Notes: generated from the letters alone by a model not told the origin. Shown: positions 1-10,119, counted from the first letter of the stretch. The stretch: 64,000 bases of DNA from an uncultured delta proteobacterium (GCA_963794325.1 CAWCDG010000004.1:480001-544000), one strand, 5' to 3'. Translations and numbers: made by a program.

Positions 1-1
1 G

Positions 2-130
2 ATCCAGGCTATCTGGACCGGATTTTCGCGCGACGAACTGGCCTCGTTCAGCACGTTCGCGAGCAAGCTGTCCGACCGGATCGAACGCTATTCGCGCGGC
101 AAGAATGGACGGCGCGCAGCCGCCGTTTGA
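2..130 (+). CDS. 3' end of a gene cut by the window edge, possibly a MarR-like regulator
   Basis: Open frame IQAIWTGFSRDELASFSTFASKLSDRIERY...AAV* read by hand; the F-S-x-D/E-E-L helix resembles MarR C-termini (weak). Confidence 0.4.
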   Translation: MQAIWTGFSRDELASFSTFASKLSDRIERYSRGKNGRRAAAV

Positions 131-190
131 TGAATCGAAATTTCGCAATAAAATCGTTACGCCGCCGATGCGGCGGGAGTTGAAAACGCA

Positions 191-1600
191 ATGGCCGCAA
201 AAACCTTGTTTCAGAAGATTTGGGACGGGCATGTCGTTCGCGAAAAGGAACACGAGCCTTCCCTGCTCTACATCGACCTCCACCTGGTTCACGAAGTTAC
301 GTCGCCGCAGGCGTTCGAGGGCCTGCGGCATTCGGGACGCAAAATTCGCGCGCCGCATCGAACCTACGCCACGCAAGATCACAACGTGCCGACGACCGAT
401 CGCAGCAAGCCGATCACCGACCTCGATTCGAAACTTCAGATCGAGACGCTCCGGCGCAACTGCGCGGAGTTCGGCCTCAAGCTGTTCGATATCGGATCGC
501 GCGAGCAGGGAATCGTGCACGTTATCGGGCCGGAGCTGGGACTCACCCAGCCGGGGATGACGATTGTCTGCGGCGACAGTCATACCGCGACCCACGGTGC
601 GTTCGGCGCGCTCGCGTTCGGAATCGGCACCAGCGAAGTCGAGCATGTGCTGGCGACGCAGTGCCTGTGGGAAGAGCGGCCGCAGACCTTCGAGATTCGC
701 GTCGATGGAAAGCTCGGCACGGGCGTCGGCGCGAAGGATTTGATTCTCGGCATCATTGGCAGGATCAAAACCAACGGCGCGACCGGCCACGTGATCGAGT
801 ACCGCGGCTCGGCAGTCGAGGCGCTCTCGATGGAAGAGCGCATGACGGTTTGCAACATGTCGATCGAAGGCGGCGCGCGCGCCGGCATGGTTGCGGCCGA
901 CAAGACTACGGTCGAGTATCTGCGCGGGCGCCGATATATCCCGACTGGCAAAGAATTCGACACGCTGGCGGCGCGATGGCTCCAATGCCGCAGCGACGAC
1001 GGCGCGAAATTCGATCGCAGCGTGGTGTTCGACGCCGCGACGTTTGCACCGCAGGTGACGTGGGGCACGAATCCCGGGATGGTCACCGACATTCGCGGGA
1101 GCGTGCCGAATCCCGAGGAGATTAGTGACAAGGAACAGCGCGAGACGGTCGAGCGCGCGCTCACTTATATGGCGCTGCGGCCAGGCACGAAAATCGAGGA
1201 CATCAAGATCGATCGCGTGTTTATCGGATCGTGCACCAACTCGCGCCTGAGCGATCTCAAAACCGCCGCCGGTGTCGTCAAGGGCCACAAAGTTGCGCCG
1301 ACGGTGCATGCGATGGTGGTGCCGGGTTCGCAGGAGGTCAAAGCCGAGGCGGAGAGTCTCGGCCTCGACCGAATTTTCACGGAGGCGGGTTTCGAGTGGC
1401 GCGAATCGGGATGCAGCATGTGCCTGGCGATGAATCCCGACGTGCTGCAGCCGGGCGAGCGATGCGCCAGCACGTCGAATCGCAACTTCGAAGGGCGTCA
1501 AGGCAAAGGCGGGCGCACGCACCTGGTGAGCCCCGCGATGGCAGCAGCGGCGGCAATCGCAGGGCATTTCGTGGATGTTCGCGAATGGGCGAGTCGGTAA
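191..1600 (+). CDS. leuC: 3-isopropylmalate dehydratase large subunit
   Basis: [44 protein letters not shown] aconitase-family motifs. Confidence 0.98.
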   Translation: MAAKTLFQKIWDGHVVREKEHEPSLLYIDLHLVHEVTSPQAFEGLRHSGRKIRAPHRTYATQDHNVPTTDRSKPITDLDSKLQIETLRRNCAEFGLKLFDIGSREQGIVHVIGPELGLTQPGMTIVCGDSHTATHGAFGALAFGIGTSEVEHVLATQCLWEERPQTFEIRVDGKLGTGVGAKDLILGIIGRIKTNGATGHVIEYRGSAVEALSMEERMTVCNMSIEGGARAGMVAADKTTVEYLRGRRYIPTGKEFDTLAARWLQCRSDDGAKFDRSVVFDAATFAPQVTWGTNPGMVTDIRGSVPNPEEISDKEQRETVERALTYMALRPGTKIEDIKIDRVFIGSCTNSRLSDLKTAAGVVKGHKVAPTVHAMVVPGSQEVKAEAESLGLDRIFTEAGFEWRESGCSMCLAMNPDVLQPGERCASTSNRNFEGRQGKGGRTHLVSPAMAAAAAIAGHFVDVREWASR

Positions 1601-1611
1601 AGGAGATAGCG

Positions 1612-2217
1612 ATGCAGAAATTCAAAAATTTCACCGGGATGGTCGCGCCGCTCGATCGCGCCAACGTCGATACCGATCAGATTATTCCGAAGCAGTTTCT
1701 CAAAGCTGTCGTGCGGACCGGGCTCAAGGCCGGCTTGTTCATCGACTGGCGGCGCAATCCCGATGGCAGCGAGAACCGGGACTTCGTGCTGAACAAGCCG
1801 CGTTACCAGGGCGCGTCGATTCTGGTGGCGCGCAACAACTTCGGATGCGGCAGTTCGCGCGAGCATGCGGTATGGGCGCTCGACGACGCGGGCTTTCGCG
1901 CGGCGATCGCGCCTGAGTTCGCCGATATCTTTCACAACAATTGTCTGAAGAACGGTTTTCTGCCGATAACGCTAAAGCCCGACGAGGTCGATCATATTTT
2001 TCGCGCGACCGGCGACTACGAGGCCTACCGCCTCTCGATCGATCTCGAAAAACAGACGGTGTCCGACGATTTCGGATGGACTGTGCATTTCGAAATCGAG
2101 CCGTTCGACAAGAAATGCCTGCTCGAAGGTCTCGACGACATTGCGCTGACGCTCGCGCACGAGGATCGAATCGTCGCGTACGAAAAAGCGCATCCGCTGC
2201 CGCATCGCTTCGAGTAG
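1612..2217 (+). CDS. leuD: 3-isopropylmalate dehydratase small subunit
   Basis: AAGGAG RBS, ATG at 1612; [29 protein letters not shown] motifs. Confidence 0.97.
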   Translation: MQKFKNFTGMVAPLDRANVDTDQIIPKQFLKAVVRTGLKAGLFIDWRRNPDGSENRDFVLNKPRYQGASILVARNNFGCGSSREHAVWALDDAGFRAAIAPEFADIFHNNCLKNGFLPITLKPDEVDHIFRATGDYEAYRLSIDLEKQTVSDDFGWTVHFEIEPFDKKCLLEGLDDIALTLAHEDRIVAYEKAHPLPHRFE

Positions 2218-2226
2218 AGGTGGGAA

Positions 2227-2448
2227 ATGAAAACAATCCTCTCGATGACAATCGTCGCGCTCTTCGCGACCGCGTTGGCCGGATGCTGGGTTTACTCGAG
2301 GCCCGACTCTACCTCGGCGGGCTGTCAGAAGACGACCTACGGCATCGCGATCGCCACGACTTCCAACGAGAACTGCCCGCCCACTGACGCCGGCTCTTCG
2401 CCGCCACCGTCGGTCGCACCTCCGATTGCGCCGCCCGCGACGCCATGA
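2227..2448 (+). CDS. Small putative lipoprotein with Pro-rich tail
   Basis: MK + hydrophobic stretch + LAGC lipobox; GAGGTG RBS; 73 aa. Confidence 0.7.
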   Translation: MKTILSMTIVALFATALAGCWVYSRPDSTSAGCQKTTYGIAIATTSNENCPPTDAGSSPPPSVAPPIAPPATP

Positions 2449-2478
2449 TTTTCGCGCCGACGCGCTGAAATCGCGCTC

Positions 2479-3486
2479 GTGATTTTGCCAACGACCATCA
2501 CCGCGGCCGCCGAGCACGATCGCATGCGGCTGGACGTTTTCGTGTCGATGCGGCTTGCGCCGGAGTACTCGCGCTCGCAAGTGGCGCGGATGATCAAAGC
2601 ACGACTGGTGACCGTCAACGGCGTCGCCGCGCGCGCGTCGAGCGGCGTGCGAGCTGGCGATCGCATAGATGTTGCCGCGATTCCGGCAGGTGCGCTCACC
2701 GATCCTTCGAGCTACAAGGAAGGTGACGCGCCGGAGATTTCGGTGATCTTCAACGACGACGAAATAATCGTCGTCAACAAACCCGCCGGCATGACAGTGC
2801 ATCCAGCGCCCGGGCATCCTAATGGCACCCTGGTCGACGCCCTGCTTGCGCGATTTCCCGAACTGGCCGCGATGGCCGAGCCCGACGGTGTGCTGCGACC
2901 AGGCATTGTGCATCGCCTCGACAAAGACACGTCGGGCGTGATGGTGGTGGCGCGGACGCCGTTTTCGCGCACAGCGCTTTCGCGACAGTTCAAAGATCGC
3001 GCCGTCAAAAAAACTTATCTTGCCATCGTCAAGGGCAAAGTCGCGCGCGATCGCTTGACGATCGAGCGCCCCGTCGGGCGACATCCGATTGAGCGCAAGC
3101 GCATGTCGATTCGCTCGAACGCGCCGCGCGACGCCGTCAGCCATATCACGGTGCTCGCACGATTCGATCCCGCGGATGCCGACGATGCGGGCACGTCGCT
3201 GGTGCGGGTGAATCCCGACACCGGCCGGATGCATCAGATTCGCGTGCATCTCGCCTCGATCGGTCACCCATGTCTTGGCGATCCTCTATATGGCGGCAAA
3301 GCGGCAACCGGTGGATTTTTCCATCGGCAGGCGCTGCATGCGTTGGCGCTTTCCCTGACCCATCCGCGATCCTCGGAGCGTCTCGAATTCATCGCGCCGC
3401 TGCCGGTCGATTTTGTCGAGTTTCTGGCGCAGAAGCTGTTCGCATCGGACGCGAAAGAGCTTCGCCGATGGATCGAAGTTCGCTAA
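2479..3486 (+). CDS. rluD: RluA/RluD-family 23S rRNA pseudouridine synthase
   Basis: N-terminal S4-like domain, NKPAGMTVHP, GIVHRLDKDTSG (catalytic Asp), TGRxHQIRVH. Confidence 0.93.
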   Translation: MILPTTITAAAEHDRMRLDVFVSMRLAPEYSRSQVARMIKARLVTVNGVAARASSGVRAGDRIDVAAIPAGALTDPSSYKEGDAPEISVIFNDDEIIVVNKPAGMTVHPAPGHPNGTLVDALLARFPELAAMAEPDGVLRPGIVHRLDKDTSGVMVVARTPFSRTALSRQFKDRAVKKTYLAIVKGKVARDRLTIERPVGRHPIERKRMSIRSNAPRDAVSHITVLARFDPADADDAGTSLVRVNPDTGRMHQIRVHLASIGHPCLGDPLYGGKAATGGFFHRQALHALALSLTHPRSSERLEFIAPLPVDFVEFLAQKLFASDAKELRRWIEVR

Positions 3487-3497
3487 CAATAGCGGGC

Positions 3498-3830
3498 ATG
3501 CTAACCGTTCTATTGCTCTTCTGCTCGAACACCTTCATGACGATTGCGTGGTACGGCCACCTGCGGTTCAGAGATCGGCCGCTGATGCTGGTGATCGTCG
3601 TGAGCTGGCTGATCGCCTTTGCGGAATATTGCTTCCAGGTTCCCGCAAATCGGATTGGCTACGGAGAATTCACCGCCTACCAGCTGAAGATCATCCAGGA
3701 GATCGTGACGCTGCTAGTCTTCGCGATCTTCGCCTTCCTGTATCTGGGAGAAGTACCGCGCTGGAATTACCTGGGATCGTTCGTATGCATCCTCGGCGCA
3801 GTGGGATTCGCGTTCTGGGGAAGGATATGA
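3498..3830 (+). CDS. DMT-superfamily small membrane protein (DUF486-like)
   Basis: SNxFMTxAWYGHL and EYCFQVPANRIG motifs, four TM helices; ATG at 3498. Confidence 0.85.
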   Translation: MLTVLLLFCSNTFMTIAWYGHLRFRDRPLMLVIVVSWLIAFAEYCFQVPANRIGYGEFTAYQLKIIQEIVTLLVFAIFAFLYLGEVPRWNYLGSFVCILGAVGFAFWGRI

Positions 3831-3861
3831 TATCACGATATCAGCGAGGTGATGAATTCCC

Positions 3862-4110
3862 GTGGCGCAACTGGTCGTTAGAAATTTGGAAGAGGACGTG
3901 AAGACGCGACTCCAGCAGCGGGCAAGTCGTCACGGCCACAGCATGGAGGAGGAAGTTCGGGATATTCTTCGCAATGCTGTGAAGCCTGAGAGCCTCACCG
4001 CGATGCCATTGGGCAGCCGCATTCGGAGTCGCTTCGCGCGTGTCGGTCTCGAAGAGGATATCCCTGAATTCCGCGGGTATAAACCGCGGCCTGCAGTTTT
4101 CAAGAAGTGA
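3862..4110 (+). CDS. FitA/StbC-like ribbon-helix-helix antitoxin
   Basis: MAQLVVRNLEEDVKTRLQQRASRHGHSMEEEVRDIL is a typical RHH antitoxin N-terminus; GTGA overlap with PIN gene. Confidence 0.88.
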   Translation: MAQLVVRNLEEDVKTRLQQRASRHGHSMEEEVRDILRNAVKPESLTAMPLGSRIRSRFARVGLEEDIPEFRGYKPRPAVFKK

Positions 4111-4529
4111 TTGTTCTCGACACCAACGTTCTCTCCGAGTTGATGGAAACAGGAGACTCGAGGGTGGTTTCCTGGCTCGATAAACAACCGCATGAATCAA
4201 TCTGGACCACAGCTGTAACGATCTTCGAGATTCGATTTGGCATAGCGTTACTCCCGGAGGGACGGCGCCAACGGCAACTGGGCGACGCATTCGCGAAAGT
4301 CCTGGATGAAGATCTACAGGGACGAATTCTGCCGTTCGACCATGAGGCGGCCGCTGAAGCCGCAAATCTCGCCGCGGAGCGTCGCGCGATTGGTAAGCCT
4401 CTCGACTTTCGCGATATCGAAATCGCCGGCATCGTTGCCGTGGCGCGGGCGACACTCGCTACTCGTAACGTTCGCCACTTCCAGGAGCTCAGGATCGATT
4501 TAGTCGATCCTTGGGCACGCAGTTCCTGA
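4107..4529 (+). CDS. vapC: VapC/FitB PIN-domain toxin
   Basis: MIVLDTNVLSE, DxEIAGI, LATRNVRHF, DPW PIN motifs. Confidence 0.93.
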   Translation: MIVLDTNVLSELMETGDSRVVSWLDKQPHESIWTTAVTIFEIRFGIALLPEGRRQRQLGDAFAKVLDEDLQGRILPFDHEAAAEAANLAAERRAIGKPLDFRDIEIAGIVAVARATLATRNVRHFQELRIDLVDPWARSS

Positions 4530-4535
4530 ACCCCG

Positions 4536-4564
4536 TTGACACGGTGCCATTGCGCAGGTAGCGT
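4536..4564 (+). promoter_or_regulatory. sigma70-like promoter for the rho leader
   Basis: TTGACA (4536-4541), 17-nt spacer, TAGCGT (4559-4564). Confidence 0.55.
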
Positions 4565-4803
4565 TTTACTTGAGCTTCCGCACTGAGGACGCTGAAACGG
4601 GTGGGTGGCAACAGCGGTCCCGTTTCCCCTGCGGTCCAAATTCCGAACCTGAACTCAAGGCGTTAGTTGTTCCGAATCCCGACCGCTTGAGCACTCAAGA
4701 ATCTATAATGGTATCTCCGTTGCGGAGGCCATTCGAACAAACGTTCATAACCTGCGACACGCGTGCGTAAGACCGCGGCGATTCGTAGCACCAAGAGAAG
4801 TTA

Positions 4804-6222
4804 ATGGAGTCCAGGTTGCGGGGAAGGCATATGGGCAAGGGCAGACACGTTGCGAAGACCGAGGAGGGTCGCTTCGACGATCCACGTTCGACCAACGGCA
4901 CACCACGACAGGTAAACCTCGACAGTAATCCGAATCTTCCGCCGCCGGCGCCGGTGATCAGCGAGGAAGGGGTTCTCAACCTCAAATCGCTCAAGCGCGC
5001 GAAGATTACCGAGCTGGCGCAGATGGCCCGCGACTTCAACGTCGACGGCGCCACCAACATGCGCAAGCAGGAAATGATCTTCGCCGTCCTGCAGGCGCAA
5101 GCCGCCAAGGACGGCTCGATCCTCGGCGAAGGCGTGCTCGAAATCCTGCCCGACGGCTTCGGCTTCCTGCGCGCTCCCGACTACAACTATTTGCCCGGTC
5201 CCGACGACATTTATATTTCGCCCAGCCAGATTCGCAAGTTCAACTTGCGCACCGGCGACGTGGTATCCGGCCTGATTCGGCCGCCGAAAGAAGGCGAGCG
5301 CTACTTCGCGCTGCTCAAGGTTGAATCGATCAACTACGAGGACCCCGAAAAGGCGCGCGACAAAATCCTGTTCGACAACCTGACGCCGCTCTATCCCGAG
5401 GAGCGCATCAAGCTCGAGTACAATCACGAAGATTTGACCACTCGCATCATCGATTTGGTCGCGCCCATCGGCAAAGGCCAGCGCGGGCTGATCGTCGCGG
5501 CGCCGTTCACCGGCAAGACCATGATGCTCCAGGCGATCGCCAAGGCAATCGCGCACAACCATCCGGAGATAGTGCTGATCGTGCTGCTGGTCGACGAGCG
5601 GCCCGAAGAAGTCACCGACATGCTGCGCTCGGTGCAGGGCGAGGTCGTCAGCTCGACCTTCGATGAGCCTGCGACGCGTCACGTGCAGGTGGCCGAGATG
5701 GTAATCGAAAAAGCGCGGCGGCTGGTCGAGCACGGACGCGACGTCGTAATCCTGCTCGATTCGATCACACGCCTTGCGCGCGCGTACAACACGGTGGTGC
5801 CGCCGTCGGGCAAGATCCTGTCAGGCGGCGTCGATTCCAACGCGCTCCACAAGCCCAAGAAGTTCTTCGGCGCCGCGCGCAACACCGAAGACGGCGGCAG
5901 CCTGACGATTATCGCCACCGCGCTCGTCGATACCGGCAGCCGAATGGACGAAGTTATTTTCGAAGAGTTCAAGGGCACCGGCAATCAACAGATCGCGCTC
6001 GACCGGCGCCTGCTGGAAAAGCGCATCTTCCCGACTATCGACATCCAGCGCTCGTCGACCCGTAAGGAAGAGCTGCTGCTGCCGCGCGCGACGCTCAATC
6101 GCGTGTGGATTCTGCGCAAGCTGCTGACCCAGCTGAACGCAGTCGAAGCGATGGAATTCCTGATCGACAAGATGGACAAGACCAAGACCAACGAGGAATT
6201 CCTCGAGTCGATGAACGCGTAA
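4804..6222 (+). CDS. rho: Transcription termination factor Rho (start 4804 or 4831)
   Basis: [48 protein letters not shown]. Confidence 0.99.
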   Translation: MESRLRGRHMGKGRHVAKTEEGRFDDPRSTNGTPRQVNLDSNPNLPPPAPVISEEGVLNLKSLKRAKITELAQMARDFNVDGATNMRKQEMIFAVLQAQAAKDGSILGEGVLEILPDGFGFLRAPDYNYLPGPDDIYISPSQIRKFNLRTGDVVSGLIRPPKEGERYFALLKVESINYEDPEKARDKILFDNLTPLYPEERIKLEYNHEDLTTRIIDLVAPIGKGQRGLIVAAPFTGKTMMLQAIAKAIAHNHPEIVLIVLLVDERPEEVTDMLRSVQGEVVSSTFDEPATRHVQVAEMVIEKARRLVEHGRDVVILLDSITRLARAYNTVVPPSGKILSGGVDSNALHKPKKFFGAARNTEDGGSLTIIATALVDTGSRMDEVIFEEFKGTGNQQIALDRRLLEKRIFPTIDIQRSSTRKEELLLPRATLNRVWILRKLLTQLNAVEAMEFLIDKMDKTKTNEEFLESMNA

Positions 6223-6265
6223 CCGGCAGGGCACAGTGTCCTAGTTTCAGTAGGGCACCCCCAAT

Positions 6266-6297
6266 CATAGTGGGACGGGCAGCCATAGTGGGACGGG
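6266..6297 (+). repeat. Tandem 14-nt direct repeat CATAGTGGGACGGG resembling truncated REP heads
   Basis: Copies at 6266-6279 and 6284-6297; similar to TAGTGGGGCGGG at 6310. Confidence 0.7.
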
Positions 6298-6308
6298 AGC
6301 TGAGCGTA

Positions 6309-6368
6309 GTAGTGGGGCGGGCCGCCGTGCCCGCCATCGACGCGCGGGCGTCCGCGCCCACGCCTACC
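6309..6368 (+). repeat. Left composite GTAG-REP inverted repeat of the RAYT
   Basis: GTAG + hairpin GGCGGGC/GCCCGCC, then a second hairpin ending CTAC; 56/60 identical to the reverse complement of 6816-6875. Confidence 0.92.
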
Positions 6369-6369
6369 A

Positions 6370-6816
6370 ATGAATGACTCCTCTCACTTCTACCGCAGAC
6401 GCCTGCCACACTACCGCGCGCGGGACACGATCTATTTCGTAACTTGGCGGCTTGCGCCAGACAAAGAACTGTCGACGCCGGAGCGCGATTTGGTCGCGGC
6501 GGAACTGCATCATGGGCACGAGCAGCGCTACGAGCTTTACGCTTATGTGGTCATGAACGACCATGTGCACGTCCTGTTGCGAATCCTGGATGAAGAGCCT
6601 CTGGAGAAGATAATTCATTCGTGGAAGTCGTTTACCGCGCATGCGATGCAGCGCCTGCACGGACGCCGCGGGCAAGTCTGGCAAGACGAGTATTTCGACC
6701 GCATGATCCGCGATGAAAAAGAGTTGGGACAAAAATTCGACTATATTCTGGGGAATCCGTGGACTCGGTGGCCCGAGCTTAAGAAGTATCTCTGGGTGTG
6801 GCCGAGGAGAGATTAG
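6370..6816 (+). mobile_element. REP-associated tyrosine transposase (RAYT / TnpA-REP, HUH Y1 family)
   Basis: RRRLPH, YFVTWRL, AYVVMNDHVH (HUH), WKSFTAH, WQDEYFDRMIRD, YILGNP (catalytic Tyr); flanked by GTAG inverted repeats. Confidence 0.92.
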
Positions 6817-6875
6817 GTAAGCGCGGGCGCGGACGCCCGCGCTTCGAGGGCGGGCACGGCGGCCCGCCCCACTAC
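6816..6875 (-). repeat. Right composite GTAG-REP inverted repeat of the RAYT
   Basis: GGTAAGCGCGGGCGCGGACGCCCGCGCTTCGAGGGCGGGCACGGCGGCCCGCCCCACTAC, inverted copy of 6309-6368. Confidence 0.92.
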
Positions 6876-6964
6876 AAAAAGCTAAGAAATCTATTTCAGT
6901 GCGGCCGGGCTGCCGCGCCCGCCCTCGATGACTTTTTTCGGCAAGTGGCGTATAACTTGCCTGC

Positions 6965-7292
6965 GTGAACAACCTGAAAAGCCGCCACCTCGCGGCGCTC
7001 GCATTCGTCGGCTGGTATCTGATGATGCCGCCCGACTCCCCCAAAATCCCGCATGACGTTGACGCCGACGTGCCACTTGCGCACTGGATTGTCGTCACCA
7101 GCTACGACACCGAAGATAATTGCGAGAAGGCGCTCGGCGACATCCAAAACAGCGAGCAGGACCCAGTCACGCTCGACAAGGCGGGCAAACTCAAGCGCCT
7201 CGACAAACATGACGCTGCGCTGGGGAAAGCGCGCGCGGTGAATGCCGCCTGCGTCGCGAGCGACGATATTCCGCCTGAAGGGTAAGAAGTAG
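6965..7292 (+). CDS. Small secreted protein, GWYLMxPP family paralog 1; ORF as read stops at 7285, probable +1 indel near 7268
   Basis: RHLAALAFVGWYLMMPP...PLAHW...SYDTEDNCE...CVASDD; removing one base gives DDFRLKGKK*, matching paralog 2. Confidence 0.75.
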
Positions 7293-7293
7293 G

Positions 7294-7650
7294 ATGAAGC
7301 CCCGCCACGCAGCCGCGCTCGCGCTTGTGGGCTGGTATCTGATGGTGCCGCCACCAGGTCCGCCACGTTCGACTGGCGCCAACACCGCGCCACCGAATGA
7401 CAACGCGCCGCTCTATCAGTGGACAATTCGGAATTCTTACGATTCAGCACAGGCGTGCGAAGCTGCCAAAATGAAAAATCTGGATACAGCGACGACGAAT
7501 ATGGATAAACAGCGCCATTTAGCGGAGCAACGTCAGGGCCTCTGGCCCGATAACTTCAAGGATCAAGAGTTTCTGGTCGCTGACCAGTTAAAATACGCGA
7601 CGGAAGCGCTCTGCATTTCGACCGACGATTCCCGCCTCAAATCAAAATAA
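7294..7650 (+). CDS. Small secreted protein, GWYLMxPP family paralog 2
   Basis: [20 protein letters not shown]...APLYQW...SYDSAQACE...[12 protein letters not shown]. Confidence 0.8.
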   Translation: MKPRHAAALALVGWYLMVPPPGPPRSTGANTAPPNDNAPLYQWTIRNSYDSAQACEAAKMKNLDTATTNMDKQRHLAEQRQGLWPDNFKDQEFLVADQLKYATEALCISTDDSRLKSK

Positions 7651-7793
7651 GCTACTTCACTTTTCAAACTCAGACATTCAGTCTCGAATTAAGACAGTAC
7701 CGCGCCACAAGGCGCACTTTCTTAGAACTCCCCACCCTGCTAATAGTTACAGATTGCCCCTCTCTCGGGGCCAAGAGGCAAGGACTAAATTCT

Positions 7794-8576
7794 ATGACTG
7801 AAATCAGTATGAAGCAGCTTCTGGAGGCCGGCGTCCACTTCGGCCATCAGACCAGCCGCTGGAACCCGAAGATGAAGCAGTACATCTTCGGCGCCCGCAA
7901 CGGTATCTACATTATCGATCTCCAGCAGACCGTGAAGATGTTTCGCGCGACCTTCGACTTCGCGCGCGACCTCGCGGCGGCGGGCGGCACGATGCTGTTC
8001 GTCGGGACCAAGAAGCAGGCCCAGGACATCGTCAAGGAAGAAGCCGAGCGATGCGGCATGTACTACGTCAACAACCGCTGGCTCGGCGGGATGCTGACCA
8101 ACTTTCAGACTATTCGCGCGTCGATCGACCGGCTCCGCAAGCTCGAAGAGACGCTGGCGGACCCCGAGATGATCAAGGCGCTCACCAAGAAAGAGATGAG
8201 CGACAACGGCCGGGAGCATGAGAAGCTGATGGCCACGCTGGCCGGCATCAAGAACATGCGCAAGCTCCCGGACGCGCTCTGGGTGATCGATACCAAGAAA
8301 GAAGATATCGCCGTCGCGGAAGCGAACCGCCTCGGTATTCCGGTTGCGGCAGTGGTCGATACCAACTGCGACCCCGACCTGATTGCGTATCGAATCCCCG
8401 GCAATGACGACGCGATTCGCGCGATCAAGCTGTTCACTGCCGCCGTCGCCGACGCGATCATCGAGGGCAAGCAGCTCGCCGAGGAACGCGCCAAGGGGCA
8501 GCAGGATATTCGCTCGGACAGTGGCGCCGGCGCGGACACGGGGGCATCGGCGCCCGATTCGCCAAGCGCGGTCTAA
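7794..8576 (+). CDS. rpsB: 30S ribosomal protein S2
   Basis: [41 protein letters not shown]. Confidence 0.99.
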   Translation: MTEISMKQLLEAGVHFGHQTSRWNPKMKQYIFGARNGIYIIDLQQTVKMFRATFDFARDLAAAGGTMLFVGTKKQAQDIVKEEAERCGMYYVNNRWLGGMLTNFQTIRASIDRLRKLEETLADPEMIKALTKKEMSDNGREHEKLMATLAGIKNMRKLPDALWVIDTKKEDIAVAEANRLGIPVAAVVDTNCDPDLIAYRIPGNDDAIRAIKLFTAAVADAIIEGKQLAEERAKGQQDIRSDSGAGADTGASAPDSPSAV

Positions 8577-8678
8577 TCGACAGACTCGATTTTCAAGTTC
8601 GAAACGGAGCCGGTCGATGTGCCGGTCGCTTGCAGTAGCGCGACCGGCCAAGAATACTAGCTCAACCCAGGAATTGTG

Positions 8679-9293
8679 ATGGAAATTACTCCGAAGCTGA
8701 TTCAGGAACTGCGCGAAAAGACCGGCGCCGGCATCATGGACTGCAAGCGATCGCTGGCGGAGACCGACGGAGTTCTCGAAAAGGCCATCGTATGGCTGCG
8801 CGAGAAGGGTATCGCCGCGGCTGCCGGCCGCGCGGGCCGGGTCGCATCCGAAGGTGCGGTCGGTTCGTACATACACGCGGGCGGCAAGATTGGCGTGCTG
8901 ATCGAAGTCAATTGCGAGACGGATTTCTGCGCCAAGTCGGAAGCGTTCCAGGCACTGGTCAAGGAACTCGCGCTGCAAGTAGCGGCGCTGAATCCGCGCG
9001 TCGTGCGCCGCGAGGAGTTGTCGCCCGCCGTCATCGAGCAGGAGCGGCAGATTTACGCCTCGCAGGCGGAGGGCAAGCCCGCGGCGGTCGTGGCAAAAAT
9101 CGTTGACGGCAAGATCGAGAAATTTTACAAGGAAGCCTGCCTGCTCGAGCAGGCTTACGCGCGCGATCCGAACAAAACTGTGAACGATCTGATTGGCGAA
9201 GCCGCCATCCAGATGCGCGAGAAAATCGACGTCCGCCGCTTCACCCGCTATCAGCTGGGCGAGGCGCTCGACGCCAAGGCCGGGCCAGCCTAG
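8679..9293 (+). CDS. tsf: Elongation factor Ts, short form (start 8676 or 8679)
   Basis: ELREKTGAGIMDCK, EVNCETDF, RRFTRY; follows rpsB. Confidence 0.98.
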   Translation: MEITPKLIQELREKTGAGIMDCKRSLAETDGVLEKAIVWLREKGIAAAAGRAGRVASEGAVGSYIHAGGKIGVLIEVNCETDFCAKSEAFQALVKELALQVAALNPRVVRREELSPAVIEQERQIYASQAEGKPAAVVAKIVDGKIEKFYKEACLLEQAYARDPNKTVNDLIGEAAIQMREKIDVRRFTRYQLGEALDAKAGPA

Positions 9294-9305
9294 GCCAGTC
9301 AACTG

Positions 9306-9351
9306 CGCGATTGTTCCCCTTCCCTCGAGGGAAGGGGCCAGGGGTTAGGTT
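9306..9351 (+). repeat. Dispersed repeat family A, copy 1 (CCCCTTCCCTCGAGGGAAGGGG core)
   Basis: 44/46 identical to the reverse complement of 39596-39641. Confidence 0.9.
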
Positions 9352-9369
9352 CCTCAGGAGCTTCGAGAA

Positions 9370-10119
9370 ATGGCTGAAGTTCAAAGTGCGACCGACGGCA
9401 AGCCGCGCTTCAGCCGTATTCTGCTGAAATTATCCGGCGAGGCGCTCGCCCCCGTCCAAGGGTCGGGACTCGACCTCGACGCGCTGGCCGAGATTGCGCT
9501 CGAAATAAAGGAAGTGGCGTCGCTCGGCGTGCAGCTCGCGATGGTAATCGGCGCCGGCAACTACATCCGCGGCAGCGATTACGAAGCGCGCGGGATGGAC
9601 CGTTCCACCGCCGACCAGATGGGCATGCTGGCGACGGTGATCAACGCGCTCGCGCTGCAAAATGCCCTCGAGCACACCGGCGTCGTCACCCGAGTGCTGT
9701 CCGCTATCGAGATGCAGGCGCTGTGCGAGCCTTACATCCGGCGCCGCGCCGTCCGCCATCTGGAAAAGGGCCGCGTCGTCATCTTCGCCGCCGGCACCGG
9801 CAATCCCTACTTCACCACCGATACCGCCGCGAGCCTGCGCGCGATGGAAATCGGCGCCGAGGTAATCCTGAAGGCGAGTCACACGGTGGACGGGGTTTAC
9901 GATCGCGATCCGGTCCGCGAGCCGGGCGCCAAGCGCTTCGATCGCCTGACATATATTGAAGTGCTGCAGAAAAACCTTAAAGTGATGGACTCGACGGCCA
10001 TCTCGATGTGCATGGATAATCGATTGCCGATCATCGTGTTCAATTTGCGCAAAGCGGGTAATATAAGAAGGGCCGTGATGGGCGAGCAAATCGGAACCCG
10101 AGTGGAGAGCGCACCGTGA
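9370..10119 (+). CDS. pyrH: UMP kinase
   Basis: [44 protein letters not shown]. Confidence 0.98.
   Translation: MAEVQSATDGKPRFSRILLKLSGEALAPVQGSGLDLDALAEIALEIKEVASLGVQLAMVIGAGNYIRGSDYEARGMDRSTADQMGMLATVINALALQNALEHTGVVTRVLSAIEMQALCEPYIRRRAVRHLEKGRVVIFAAGTGNPYFTTDTAASLRAMEIGAEVILKASHTVDGVYDRDPVREPGAKRFDRLTYIEVLQKNLKVMDSTAISMCMDNRLPIIVFNLRKAGNIRRAVMGEQIGTRVESAP

Noticed and set aside
4570-4740. 6S RNA or a known riboswitch upstream of rho
   Set aside because: I could not match a 6S rod with central bubble or a known aptamer consensus by eye; kept only as an unnamed structured leader.
6250-6368. Possible mini CRISPR array
   Set aside because: Repeats are 14 nt with a 4-nt spacer, there are no cas genes, and REP remnants explain them better.
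8676-9293. Truncated EF-Ts (about 205 aa)
   Set aside because: The short EF-Ts form is well known in many bacterial phyla.
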